64,000 nucleotides of DNA, taken from positions 47,318 to 111,317 of the IMG/VR virus record IMGVR_UViG_3300029305_002366; one strand, given 5' to 3'. The first letter of the stretch is position 1; each line of letters starts with the position of its first letter. The DNA is from a virus. Lineage: Duplodnaviria; Caudoviricetes. Positions 1 through 10,460 of this stretch are shown piece by piece. A program made the translations under genes and the position numbers. The notes beneath the pieces were generated by a model. That model worked only from the letters and a program-made list of their open reading frames with translations. It did no database searches and had not been told where the DNA came from.

Positions 1-117
1 TTTATACTGGTGTAGATTACAACATCATTGCAGTTGCTCTCTGCATATGGGGCATCATCAAGCCCCATCTCATCTTTTATTACTCGTTATGATTTGCAAC
101 GAGAACTATATAAACGG

Positions 118-552
118 TTATACCGTTATAGTCTTTTTCTCAATTTTAAATGGTACAATATTCTTCTTGGGGATAGCATATCCCATAGCCTTTTCAATAG
201 CATCTTCTTCAATGAAATATGCACTATCAATAAAACTATTTGCCTTGTCTGAATATATAACAGGTTCGCCAACAATAATAGAATTATTATTATAAACTGT
301 TATCATCATGTTTCCATCATGGTCTATCGCTGTCTTGATATCATCATCAAAATATTCTGCTGTCTCAATATCAGTAGCAAGCGACTTGCCATTCAGAACT
401 TTACCATTAAGATTTTCAATCACGCCTTGATAGTCTTTATAGTTAACTACAATGATTGCATGACCATTGTCCATTACAGTGAAAAGAAATTCTTCAATAA
501 ATTTGTCATAGGACTCATACTTTCGATAATTAGCATCAATCATTTGACTCAC
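118..552 (-). CDS. hypothetical phage protein
   Basis: 144 aa ORF overlapping the upstream gene in a co-oriented operon. Confidence 0.7.
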   Translation of the reverse strand: MSQMIDANYRKYESYDKFIEEFLFTVMDNGHAIIVVNYKDYQGVIENLNGKVLNGKSLATDIETAEYFDDDIKTAIDHDGNMMITVYNNNSIIVGEPVIYSDKANSFIDSAYFIEEDAIEKAMGYAIPKKNIVPFKIEKKTITV

Positions 553-907
553 CGCCTACAAGAATTATTTTATTGATTCCTTCATTTTCAACAAGAAATT
601 CCTCTGGTCTATGTGTGCCTATTGAGTTTTTATCAATAACATAAACACCTATTCCTCTGGCAATTCTTCCATCATCAAAATAAGCTTTCTGAATCCAGAT
701 AGTATTATCCTCGTCAAACGTAAGAAGAAATGCACCCTCATACCCATCCCACTCAGGGGATTCCAAATGTACACCTTCTATAATAGTATCAGGCAACGCT
801 ATAAGCATCTTAGCAACTTCTCTTACATTTTCAAAATTTGACACATAAGTTACAACGTTATCATTATGTGACTTAATCATCTTCTTGAATATTTTCTTTG
901 CTTTCAT
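536..907 (-). CDS. hypothetical phage protein
   Basis: 123 aa ORF overlapping both neighbours in the minus-strand operon. Confidence 0.7.
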   Translation of the reverse strand: MKAKKIFKKMIKSHNDNVVTYVSNFENVREVAKMLIALPDTIIEGVHLESPEWDGYEGAFLLTFDEDNTIWIQKAYFDDGRIARGIGVYVIDKNSIGTHRPEEFLVENEGINKIILVGGESND

Positions 908-1220
908 AATTGAAAGTCTCCTTTACAGCTTTAGTTAATTCCTTACCTGCCACAAAAACAGGACAGATTGTTGGTGGTTTAATTACCTTTTCGCCACGCT
1001 TACTTGGGTTTGCGTATGCTTTTGAATTACGATGTTTTATTTTAAAAGTTCCAAAGCCACGAATATTTACGTCATTACCGCTGACAAGAACATTTGTTAT
1101 TGCTGTTGCAAAAACATCTATTAAAATTCCACATACTCTTTTATTTAAAAATTCACCATCTGTCACTTCTGCAAAGGCTTTCTGCATTTCATCAATCAAT
1201 TGTTTTCTTTGCAGTTTCAT
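873..1220 (-). CDS. hup: HU/IHF family DNA-binding protein (SPbeta YonN-like)
   Basis: HU signature VNIRGFGTFKIKHRNSKAYANP...PVFVAGKEL; likely start ATG at 1220. Confidence 0.9.
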   Translation of the reverse strand: MKLQRKQLIDEMQKAFAEVTDGEFLNKRVCGILIDVFATAITNVLVSGNDVNIRGFGTFKIKHRNSKAYANPSKRGEKVIKPPTICPVFVAGKELTKAVKETFNYESKENIQEDD

Positions 1221-1230
1221 AATATCATCC

Positions 1231-2412
1231 TTAATGTAATGTAACAGGATATATACATTCAATACCCTCATGGTTACATATAGCAACTGTCTGTGAGGGT
1301 TTACCTGTTAATCTCTTTTCAATAGTGTAATCATCTCCACTACCGCCAAAAGAACCTGACCTTATAAATTTAATATCAGAGATATCGTCCATAGCCGCAG
1401 AGTGCATATGACCACAGAATACTCCTGATGGTTTATACCCCATAGCAAGAACAAGATTTGCTAATCCCTGTTTATTGAATGGGTCATAGTCTCCATGTAC
1501 CACCCAATACTTTTGACCACAAACATCAACTTCACCAAGACTTGTATCTTTGTTTTCTATATATTCAAAGTTGTCAAGATGGGAAAGTGATTTATTAACA
1601 TACCAACCGATAAGTTTATCAAGACGTTCATCTTTAAGAGCGTCATCTTTCTTATCAATTCTTGAATGATTTCCAGACACATTAACAAATCTAACAGAAA
1701 AATTCTTACATAGTTCTCCTATAAACTCTGAAATATATTCAGAAGCAAGAATAATCTGTTCGATAACAGTTTCCCTATTTGTGACCTGTATAGACTTATG
1801 GATAGAACCACTTATCAAATCACCAATTCCAAGAACCACGACATTATTAACGTTATGTCTTTTTCCAATAGACTTTACTTCCGAACAATACTCCGCAAGT
1901 CTACGTTCTGCAATATCAGAATTATATTTACCCCACATACTATTGTATTCTGCGCCAATATGTAGGTCACTCAGACATACTACCATTGTTTCATTACCAT
2001 TTAATACAAAAGGGGAGTAGTTAGGATTAAACTTACGTCTACCTGTTTCTTCAATAACCTGTTCAAGATAATCAAGTTTCTGTTCAATTCTTGCATCGGC
2101 ATAATTTTGTCTTTGCCATGCGTTACGTTCGTCACGAAACTGAATCTTTGCACGTTCAAGTTCACGCTTCTGAACATCAACCTCAGTTGTATCACCTGTG
2201 AAATCAGGGTCTATGTCTTTACAAGCTAACTTCATATCACAATATGACTGATATTTCTTTCGATACGTTGACTCATTATAATCTTTTTTTAGCCTTGTAT
2301 TTAATATGTCTCTGATTTTATTCCAATCTCCCGTAAGGTCTTTACGAGAACATACATCAAATATTTCTCGCAATTCGGATTGAGTAAACTTTTTGTTAGC
2401 CGAGATTCCCAA
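1231..2412 (-). CDS. calcineurin-like metallophosphoesterase (SPbeta YonJ-like)
   Basis: motifs SDLHIG, GDLISG, GNH, VHGD, GHMH; lies next to a YonK-like gene as in SPbeta. Confidence 0.85.
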   Translation of the reverse strand: MGISANKKFTQSELREIFDVCSRKDLTGDWNKIRDILNTRLKKDYNESTYRKKYQSYCDMKLACKDIDPDFTGDTTEVDVQKRELERAKIQFRDERNAWQRQNYADARIEQKLDYLEQVIEETGRRKFNPNYSPFVLNGNETMVVCLSDLHIGAEYNSMWGKYNSDIAERRLAEYCSEVKSIGKRHNVNNVVVLGIGDLISGSIHKSIQVTNRETVIEQIILASEYISEFIGELCKNFSVRFVNVSGNHSRIDKKDDALKDERLDKLIGWYVNKSLSHLDNFEYIENKDTSLGEVDVCGQKYWVVHGDYDPFNKQGLANLVLAMGYKPSGVFCGHMHSAAMDDISDIKFIRSGSFGGSGDDYTIEKRLTGKPSQTVAICNHEGIECIYPVTLH

Positions 2413-2424
2413 TCATATTCCTCC

Positions 2425-2616
2425 TTATGCAAGGTCAATACTTTCGTTAACAGAAAGACTTACTTCACAATTATTAAATGCTTCAAGATACTCCGAAATA
2501 GGTGTTGCTTCACCATCTTCATTTACAATATAAATAATCTTCTCATCGGCATCAATATTAAGAACACCTTTGAGACTAACTGTTGTTTTCTTTGTTGCCA
2601 TACTTGACTTACTCAT
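2425..2616 (-). CDS. YonK-like small protein
   Basis: 63 aa from ATG 2616 with GGAGG RBS; KKTTVSLKGVL...EVSLSV pattern and synteny with yonJ-like gene. Confidence 0.65.
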   Translation of the reverse strand: MSKSSMATKKTTVSLKGVLNIDADEKIIYIVNEDGEATPISEYLEAFNNCEVSLSVNESIDLA

Positions 2617-2814
2617 AGTTATATCCTCCAAATTTATTCCTTGTTTTAGTAATTCTGCGTTAATGTCAATGTGACCATACTTTCTTTTTAATTTGATGTT
2701 TTGTCCAATGAAAGGTTTATCATTTGGTATAGCATAAACAGCCATATAATCACCTACATATCGCATTATTTATTTTAATAGATTTCTGCAAAATTAAATT
2801 AGTGCAGAATAATA

Positions 2815-4239
2815 TTAGAATGTTATTTTATCACCCATAACAGGTGTGTGAACCTTTGAAGTTTTATTTGCTGAACTCAATTCTTTACGAAGCAATTCTG
2901 CAAATTCTTTCTTGCCATCACTCTCGCTATGAACAAGATATATTTTGTTATAATTCATTGAAGTGTATCTTTCAAGCAACTCGCTTCTACAAGCGTGACT
3001 TGAAAATGAAACTAATTGCATTACATTGGCTCTACTTCTTATTTGTTCTCCGTCAATGTTTACGTATTTCTTACTGTGCTGAATTTGATACGCAACGCTA
3101 TCTTTGTCACCTGCATAGCCACATAACATAACTCTCGCATTTTCATTCGGTAATATAGATTTGAGCCATGAAACAATACGTCCATTCTTTAAGAAATTGC
3201 TTGTACTAATTACTACTTGCGAGGTTTTTAACTTCTGCCATTCCTGAGAATTTTCAAAGCTATCAACCCATACAATGTTTTTCCAATTAATAACTCTTTT
3301 CCAAAGGTCATTATCCTTTTCAATTAACTTGTCCCATATGTCAGATACCTTTTTACCAAGTGGGGCATCAATAACAATTGGTGTCGCAAATGATTCATCA
3401 TCACCGTATATCTTGTATAATGTAGTTAATATATCTTGTAAACGATTCAAAGAGAATGAACCAAACAAAACCTTTTGTGTATCATATTGGCAACATTGGT
3501 CAACAACACATTTTATTTTTTCAATATCCTTATCTCTGTCTTTTTGTTTATGTGTCTTATGACTACCACCATAAGTACATTCAGCCAAGACAATATCAGA
3601 GTAGGGAAGTGGCTCATATGATAAGATATAATCTTTATCAATATCAGAACCAATATCTCCTGTGTATGATAATGTCTTTATAGTTTCACCAACCTTAAAT
3701 GTCAAATGAATCTGTGCGGCATTTACAATATGACTGGCATGATAATATTTCAAAATCAAATCATCAAACAGAACAATATTTTCACCGAATGGTAGTTCAA
3801 CCAAATGCTCCATTGCAACTTCTATATCCTCTTGTGTATATAATGGAGTAGCTTTCATATCGTAACGCTTTTCTAATTTTACACAATCACTTTCAAATAT
3901 CTTCAAACTATCTTCCCACATAATTCGTGCAAGATATTTATTTCCTTTTGGAATATAAATATTACCCTTGTAACCTCTTGCAAAAAGATAAGGTACAATT
4001 CCTATGTGGTCTATGTGAGCGTGACTAATTATCACAGCATCAAGGTCAGCAAATGGGACTTTATAATTCCTATGATTGACCTTATATTGTTTAAGGATAT
4101 CATCAGACGAGGTTTGATAAAGACCTGTATCGAGAAGTATTTGTTTATCGTTGAATGTGACGAAGTACATACTTCCTGTTACTCCGTCACCACTCTTGCC
4201 AACTATTTCAATTTTAATCTTATCCTTGCTTTTAGCCAT
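2815..4239 (-). CDS. metallo-beta-lactamase beta-CASP ribonuclease
   Basis: motifs LLDTG, SHAHIDH, YTGDIG, ECTYG, FSSHA, LVHSE all present. Confidence 0.9.
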   Translation of the reverse strand: MAKSKDKIKIEIVGKSGDGVTGSMYFVTFNDKQILLDTGLYQTSSDDILKQYKVNHRNYKVPFADLDAVIISHAHIDHIGIVPYLFARGYKGNIYIPKGNKYLARIMWEDSLKIFESDCVKLEKRYDMKATPLYTQEDIEVAMEHLVELPFGENIVLFDDLILKYYHASHIVNAAQIHLTFKVGETIKTLSYTGDIGSDIDKDYILSYEPLPYSDIVLAECTYGGSHKTHKQKDRDKDIEKIKCVVDQCCQYDTQKVLFGSFSLNRLQDILTTLYKIYGDDESFATPIVIDAPLGKKVSDIWDKLIEKDNDLWKRVINWKNIVWVDSFENSQEWQKLKTSQVVISTSNFLKNGRIVSWLKSILPNENARVMLCGYAGDKDSVAYQIQHSKKYVNIDGEQIRSRANVMQLVSFSSHACRSELLERYTSMNYNKIYLVHSESDGKKEFAELLRKELSSANKTSKVHTPVMGDKITF

Positions 4240-4250
4240 GAGGACATACC

Positions 4251-5009
4251 TCACTTTTCAGAACATTCATGTTCATTACAACAGTCACAAGACATATCAC
4301 TCATAAAAGAAAATATTTCTTCCATTTCAATATCCTTGCCAATGATACCATCGACCATCCCCATATCCACAAGGTCATCTGCAAAGAACCAACAATCATG
4401 CGGAGACATATCTTCAAGTTCCTTTACCGTAAATTTAGTTCTTGCCGCAATAGCCTTATTATATCTATTAGTCAGACGAGGGGAGAATTTAGCCCAATCC
4501 TGTGCCTTTGTTGTCGTAGATATAGGATTGTATTCATAACCATCATGTACCATAAATGTTGCATCTGCAACAGACAGCCTTGTATGGCAAACCGCAAATA
4601 CTCCAAAAGCCATGCTTGCACACATACCAAGACATACACCAATTACAGGAGTAATAGAACTCTGAATAGCGTTCACTAATGCCATACCTATAATTGCATT
4701 GCCACCAGAACTATTTATTACTAAAGTAATAGGCACTCTCTCGTCCCTTGACTTACCAGAATCTTCTCCGTTTATCTTGCATATTTGTAGAATAAGCGTA
4801 TGGAGAACATCATCGTCTACTTCTCCATCAAGATAAAGAATCCTATCTGCCCTATCTTCAAGGTAAAGTCTTTCAGCCAGTCCGATGCTCATTATGGTTT
4901 GCATACCACTCTGCATTTCTACAAGTTGCTCAGGTGTGATTTCTACATATCCCTCTGGAATATTAGTTGTTTCTTCAATCTTTGTTTCTGGTTTCTTTTT
5001 GTTAGCCAT
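4251..5009 (-). CDS. clpP: ClpP-family serine protease
   Basis: RILYLDGEVD, INSSGG, CASMA (Ser), FMVHD (His), GMVDGII. Confidence 0.9.
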   Translation of the reverse strand: MANKKKPETKIEETTNIPEGYVEITPEQLVEMQSGMQTIMSIGLAERLYLEDRADRILYLDGEVDDDVLHTLILQICKINGEDSGKSRDERVPITLVINSSGGNAIIGMALVNAIQSSITPVIGVCLGMCASMAFGVFAVCHTRLSVADATFMVHDGYEYNPISTTTKAQDWAKFSPRLTNRYNKAIAARTKFTVKELEDMSPHDCWFFADDLVDMGMVDGIIGKDIEMEEIFSFMSDMSCDCCNEHECSEK

Positions 5010-5078
5010 TAATATTTCCTCAATTCATTTAAGTTACTATCATTAAAGATAGCCCTCTGTGTATAACAGGGGATATTA

Positions 5079-5270
5079 TTACTTACTATTATTGCTAAAC
5101 TTTTCTGCCTGTTCCTTGCGATACTGTTCAAGTTTTCTGATAGCATCTGCTTCATTAGGACAGAAATACTTGCCACGCTTACTACCATCTCTTTTAAGTC
5201 TGCAAGTCTTTGGACAATGAATACCCTGAGACATAAGTGCCTGTGCTTCATCACGGTTAATCTGAATCAT
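5079..5270 (-). CDS. hypothetical protein
   Basis: 63 aa ORF heading the clpP operon. Confidence 0.6.
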   Translation of the reverse strand: MIQINRDEAQALMSQGIHCPKTCRLKRDGSKRGKYFCPNEADAIRKLEQYRKEQAEKFSNNSK

Positions 5271-5308
5271 TAATTATTTCACTACTTTCAATTTATTTAT
5301 CATACCTC

Positions 5309-5337
5309 TTGACTTTTTAACTTTGATATGGTATGAT
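5309..5337 (+). promoter_or_regulatory. sigmaA-type promoter on the plus strand, antisense to flanking genes
   Basis: TTGACT-17bp-TATGAT with extended -10 TG. Confidence 0.6.
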
Positions 5338-5501
5338 ATATTGGGAGATTGTACGTATAAAAAGATAAGAGGAACACAAGTTCTATCTTATGTTCCTCAT
5401 CACTTTAAGAGTTGCTTGTAACTTATGCGGTTGTACTTTCTCCATATAGCCCCAGTTTTTTGTTACGACACCCTTAACAAATGGCTATTTATAGGCGAAT
5501 A

Positions 5502-8138
5502 TCAAACATTTTCGGTGCGTGACATACTTCTTTGTTTACGTTTTCTTAATGTTGCTAATATTGTTTTTTGTTTCTTCTGACATTCTTCACATCTGCATTT
5601 ACCGTTTACTCTCTTTATCTCAGCACCACAATCAATACAAGTGTAGCCGTATTTAGTTTTGTTGGCTACAATGTTTTCATAAACAATATCACCATATATC
5701 GTAAAGAAGAACTCTTTATATCTAATGTCCTTAAACACCGTATGTTCCTTAAACATATCCTTGACAAGCATATCACATATTTCGTATTGAGCATAATCAA
5801 ATTTCTGCATTTCTGAAATAATATCATTAATAACTATTGCATTGGTTTCTTCTTCTTTATGTTTCTTTAATTTAGCAGTTGATACCATGTCACTATATGT
5901 TCTAAGTACATTCTCGTCTACTTCTATGTTAGGATTGTTCATAAGCATACGATAATCAAATCTTTTTTTATCTTCAAACGAAAGTTTAAATTCATTTTCT
6001 GGATATAGTGTAAAGATTCTATTTACAATACAATCATTAAGAGATTCTACCTGTGTTTCTTTCTTGTCCTTTGCGTAAGTAAAGAAAGCAGGTAATTTCT
6101 TATTGACATACTTTGATATTGTTTCCTTAATTTGCTTTGGCGGTGTACTCTTATATAAAGTCTTGGCAAAGTCAATTACTTCGTTATTTACCATACAAAG
6201 ATATTTCAAACAGTCAATGGCTTCTTGTCTTGTCTCAGGTGTTCTGATTTCCTGACTGTTTTTTATCTTACTGATATTATTTGACACTACTCCAATATTG
6301 CCACCTGTAAAGGCAGTTGATAGTCCTCTGTATCTGCTTTCGCTTGTAACCTGTTCTTTTGCCGCCTTACGCATATTATAGTACAAGGGAACAACACCCA
6401 TTTGATTTCTTTTTGCAACGCTAATAATATTATCATCCTGTAATATCAACGTCTTGTCTCCGTCTACATCGAATTGGAGAACCTTACTAATAACATCATG
6501 TGTACTTGTATAGCAAGCATTAGTTGTAAACCATTTCTGAATTTTAGAATTAACAACATTATTCCTTATAGCGTGTTCAAAATATAAATGAGGGCTTCTT
6601 AAACAATCAACTTCCTTATTAAATTCATGAAGATTACAATATACATCACCGTTTGCAAGCAAACCATTTGGTATTTGATTACCCTCAAATAACCATTCAC
6701 AAAAAGCATATAGGTCTGGCAAAAGGAAAGTGTAATATCCATTGACTCTAAACTTAGCCGAATATAAATCTTTGATAAGTTTCTTTCTGGAATCACGCAG
6801 TTTCTCTCTAAAAAAGTTATCCTTGATTAGTCCGTTATATTCAATAAGACATTTCTGCATACCATTGTACTTGTTATAAGATTTACCATCCCTAATACCA
6901 AACTGTTCAAGCTGAACTTGTTTATCAGTGCAAATGCCATTAATTAAACTCACGCTGTCAGCGCACATCTTCTTTAATTCAGAATCCTTATAATCAATAA
7001 AACTCTGAATCATCTGATAATTGATACTTGCTTTCTTGTAATAGTTTTCTTCAACATTACATTTACCTGCATGGCAATTATATTTTTTAAACCTATTCTT
7101 ATAATCTTCCCAACTGTCATAATAGGCATACATTTTAAGCTGAGATTTAGTAAGAATGATTTGAATATTATCTTCAATAATATCCCATTCCTTGCCCCAA
7201 ATATCTTTTACTATGGACGAACACTTGTTTTCAATAATAAATCTTTTGAAGTCAAATACCCCAAGTAATCCTTTGACCCACGGCATCCTGACCATAAAGT
7301 TTTTACTACTCAGTTCTGGACTTATCATTCCGCATCCATCGGTATGAGGAATTGGCACAGGCATAGTTTGACGAGTAATACTATAATCTCTATCGTCAAC
7401 ATAATCAACCTCAGTGATAACATTAGTTTCAAAATCATCAACAACAATACAACGGTCAATATCAAAGTCAGTCCATTCCTCTGTTGCTGAATTACAAAGA
7501 GCAAGATACGCATTGTATTTATTAAGATTCATACCACCCTTTTGATTAACTTCTTCGATTGAAAGACCGCATGATAGTCTATTCCAATTTAGGTTAAGCA
7601 AATCTTCTCTAACGAAAACAGCCTTCTTTGTTCGTATCTGACCTGCACTACTTGCAAAATACACATACTTATTTCCATTATAACCGAATCCACTATGAAT
7701 CATATTTTCAAGAACTTCAAAATAAAATACCGATATTACCATAATCTGCTCATTGACAGTTGTGTTTTCAACTGTCTGTCTTACATTAAGGTTTAAAGGT
7801 ATCATACCAAAACAACGAGTTAGTTCACTGTCGAATATAGATATTCTATTGCGAGGATTTAACTTTAAAGGATTAATGTATCTATAACGATTCATATTCC
7901 CTCTCATCATTGACAAGAGAATTTCTTTTAAAGTTGAAAGTTGTCTTGATACTTCCTTGTATTTTTTTTCCAAAACAAATCTTACGGCATCACAAATATT
8001 TTTATCTTCAAGCAATGTTTTATATTGATTCTTCTGTTCTCTTATTTTATACATTTTCTGCTCTACGTTTCTTTCATCGTCAAAGTAAAATGCAGAGGTA
8101 TCTATACCATAAATACAATACTGTTTATCTAATGCCAT
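5502..8138 (-). CDS. yonO: YonO-like single-subunit (two-barrel, RdRP-related) DNA-dependent RNA polymerase
   Basis: 878 aa; HTDGCG, LRSPH and catalytic DxDGD (QFDVDGDK); SPbeta-like context. Confidence 0.9.
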   Translation of the reverse strand: MALDKQYCIYGIDTSAFYFDDERNVEQKMYKIREQKNQYKTLLEDKNICDAVRFVLEKKYKEVSRQLSTLKEILLSMMRGNMNRYRYINPLKLNPRNRISIFDSELTRCFGMIPLNLNVRQTVENTTVNEQIMVISVFYFEVLENMIHSGFGYNGNKYVYFASSAGQIRTKKAVFVREDLLNLNWNRLSCGLSIEEVNQKGGMNLNKYNAYLALCNSATEEWTDFDIDRCIVVDDFETNVITEVDYVDDRDYSITRQTMPVPIPHTDGCGMISPELSSKNFMVRMPWVKGLLGVFDFKRFIIENKCSSIVKDIWGKEWDIIEDNIQIILTKSQLKMYAYYDSWEDYKNRFKKYNCHAGKCNVEENYYKKASINYQMIQSFIDYKDSELKKMCADSVSLINGICTDKQVQLEQFGIRDGKSYNKYNGMQKCLIEYNGLIKDNFFREKLRDSRKKLIKDLYSAKFRVNGYYTFLLPDLYAFCEWLFEGNQIPNGLLANGDVYCNLHEFNKEVDCLRSPHLYFEHAIRNNVVNSKIQKWFTTNACYTSTHDVISKVLQFDVDGDKTLILQDDNIISVAKRNQMGVVPLYYNMRKAAKEQVTSESRYRGLSTAFTGGNIGVVSNNISKIKNSQEIRTPETRQEAIDCLKYLCMVNNEVIDFAKTLYKSTPPKQIKETISKYVNKKLPAFFTYAKDKKETQVESLNDCIVNRIFTLYPENEFKLSFEDKKRFDYRMLMNNPNIEVDENVLRTYSDMVSTAKLKKHKEEETNAIVINDIISEMQKFDYAQYEICDMLVKDMFKEHTVFKDIRYKEFFFTIYGDIVYENIVANKTKYGYTCIDCGAEIKRVNGKCRCEECQKKQKTILATLRKRKQRSMSRTENV

Positions 8139-9033
8139 TTCCCTGTTCCTTCACTTTCTCCACAATTTTTTCAAATAGCCTTTCATCTTCTACAAACTGC
8201 CTATTGTATTTCGCCCACCACTGGGCTACAATATCACTTGGCTCAGTTTTTAATTCTCGTTCAAGATTCATATATCTTAATCTACATATTAACTTTCTAT
8301 CTTCAACGGACAACTTATAATAACCATGGTTTAATATCTCATAGTTTAATGTTCTTGCACACGATGCCTGCTCTATTGTAATCTTCCTCCAATATTCATT
8401 CCATTTATCTTCATTTTCAAACCAACGCTGTTTATATTCACCATGCATCCCCTCAGTAAAACCTACAAGAACAGCCGTATCTTTATAAGGTGATATTGTT
8501 TTGTATTCTTCTTTGCGATTCTTATTCCAGTTTATATTGCACCCTATATAATAATAACCATCTGTATCTTTCCATACTGTATATCCGTAAACTTTGCAAA
8601 TAGCTTTACCGCACAGCTTCTTAACTTCTTTCAAAGAGAATAACCAACCACACTTCTTATCAGGAACAGGTTTTAAATACATATCAACAAACTCATGCGC
8701 TGTACAAGTAGACCATAAGGCAGGTGCTATAAGTCTACCACCATTAATACGATATTGAACTAAGTCATAATATCTTCCGTCCGTTTCATCTTTACTGATT
8801 CTGTAAGTACAATAATTACAACCAATATTAACCTCTCTGTATTCTCTACCTTTATTGTCTCTGTGGACTATTGGTAATTCCGTAAGCCTATCAAACAATT
8901 CTTGTGGATAGGGGAGAGGTATAATATCACTTCCATTATCAATTGTACTTGAATATTTCTGTCTTACTTCTTCTGCCGTACTGCCATACAACATGAATGG
9001 TTTACCTAAGTATGTTACCTGCCAACGCTTCAA
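8125..9033 (-). CDS. hypothetical protein
   Basis: 302 aa ORF overlapping the yonO start. Confidence 0.7.
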   Translation of the reverse strand: MKRWQVTYLGKPFMLYGSTAEEVRQKYSSTIDNGSDIIPLPYPQELFDRLTELPIVHRDNKGREYREVNIGCNYCTYRISKDETDGRYYDLVQYRINGGRLIAPALWSTCTAHEFVDMYLKPVPDKKCGWLFSLKEVKKLCGKAICKVYGYTVWKDTDGYYYIGCNINWNKNRKEEYKTISPYKDTAVLVGFTEGMHGEYKQRWFENEDKWNEYWRKITIEQASCARTLNYEILNHGYYKLSVEDRKLICRLRYMNLERELKTEPSDIVAQWWAKYNRQFVEDERLFEKIVEKVKEQGNGIR

Positions 9034-9066
9034 TACAATTCACTCCTTGTATACAATTTACTCTTT

Positions 9067-9381
9067 CTACATATTTCCTCTCAATGTTATTATTTCTTTT
9101 CTTAGCAAATCATTTTCTTCTTGAATTAATTTAATCTGAGATTTTAATTCTGATATCTGTTCTCTCATTAAATTTGAATATTCTCCAAGAAATGATTCAA
9201 CTGTTTTATGAGCATCCGTGTTTTTAGAAGCCCAATTGCGCTTATTCATTTTCCTTCGGTAAGCCGCACACTCAGGGCAGTATTTAATTCTTATATGACT
9301 CATCCAATCCGTATTGGGGTCATTGATATCACTTATTTTTTTTCCACACATTTCACAAAACTTTACATCAGGACAATTCAT
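9067..9381 (-). CDS. zinc-finger plus coiled-coil protein
   Basis: CEMC...CPEC then heptad-rich C-terminus; GGAGG RBS. Confidence 0.7.
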   Translation of the reverse strand: MNCPDVKFCEMCGKKISDINDPNTDWMSHIRIKYCPECAAYRRKMNKRNWASKNTDAHKTVESFLGEYSNLMREQISELKSQIKLIQEENDLLRKEIITLRGNM

Positions 9382-9474
9382 ATACCCTCCCCTTTCGTCA
9401 ATAGTAGTTAAAAATTTATAGATTAATCTACCTCAAAGGTAAAAATACTTCTTTAGTTTCGGTAGGGGAGTGGC

Positions 9475-9963
9475 TTAAAAATATACTTTTGTATCATCAC
9501 CCAAAGTCTCAATATCTCTTGTTGGCTTTTCTGCTACATACTCATCATCTGTTTTAAACTCTGTTCCTACCAAGTTGCTTCTTAACTTCAACTTGTATAT
9601 ACCTGTTTTAATATCAGGCGCAAGGTTAGTCAACTCGATGTTCGCTAATTCAGTCAGGGCATTTGCATTAGCTGATTTCTTATCAGTGATATAAATATCG
9701 TAAGCATATATTTGACCGTCCATTTCTGATTTCCAAGATAAATTAAATACCTTGTAGTTTTCATTCTTTTTATCACATATGTTTACATCAGTAAGTAATC
9801 GGTGTAATGTCATTGCCCTATCTCGTTTTAACATTAAGTCTGAAACTTCTTGGTCAAACCTTACCACATCAAGCTGAGATTTTTTTAACTTGATGTATTT
9901 ATAAAGTTTGAAGCTACCCACTCCCACACCGATGTAGGTAAGAAGTAATAACAAATCGCCCAT
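9475..9963 (-). CDS. membrane-anchored hypothetical protein
   Basis: N-terminal hydrophobic segment followed by basic residues. Confidence 0.6.
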   Translation of the reverse strand: MGDLLLLLTYIGVGVGSFKLYKYIKLKKSQLDVVRFDQEVSDLMLKRDRAMTLHRLLTDVNICDKKNENYKVFNLSWKSEMDGQIYAYDIYITDKKSANANALTELANIELTNLAPDIKTGIYKLKLRSNLVGTEFKTDDEYVAEKPTRDIETLGDDTKVYF

Positions 9964-10460
9964 ATCATCACCCCCATTAAAACATACAAGAATAATCGCA
10001 CTACATAATTATATTGAGCCGCTATAAGAATATGTGGCATCCATCTTCTCATAAATACCAAACGTTTCCTGACCCATCGTCTGTAACGTTTGTATCTTTT
10101 GAACCGCCCTTCAAAGTTTCCATTAAGGGCAAATGATTTTAACATACTGCCAGTATCTTCCGTATTATATAACTCATCTGTCATTCTCATATAATATGCT
10201 TCTCTGAGAAACAACATTAATATTAATTTATCTCTATTAACAAAATAGTTTGTAAATAGAAATATTTCTTTTATACGAAACTTAAAACAAATCGAAGGTG
10301 TTTTGCTCCATGCTTTTTGTAAAGCCTTGCAATGATGCTTATGGGTTTCAAGGTCATGTTTGTGTTCTGCGAACCTTTTGGCAATCGAAACTGATTCCCC
10401 TATATACCTTTTGCCATTAATTCGATTTATTATTTGATAAACACCAACTATTTCAAACAC
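9885..10460 (-). CDS. GIY-YIG domain protein with C-terminal transmembrane helix
   Basis: GVYQIINRINGKRYIGES...RFAEH motif; hydrophobic C-terminus. Confidence 0.75.
   Translation of the reverse strand: MFEIVGVYQIINRINGKRYIGESVSIAKRFAEHKHDLETHKHHCKALQKAWSKTPSICFKFRIKEIFLFTNYFVNRDKLILMLFLREAYYMRMTDELYNTEDTGSMLKSFALNGNFEGRFKRYKRYRRWVRKRLVFMRRWMPHILIAAQYNYVVRLFLYVLMGVMIWAICYYFLPTSVWEWVASNFINTSS

Noticed and set aside
5372-5383. LexA box GAACACAAGTTC
   Set aside because: It lies inside a predicted RNA hairpin and does not overlap a promoter element; may be chance.
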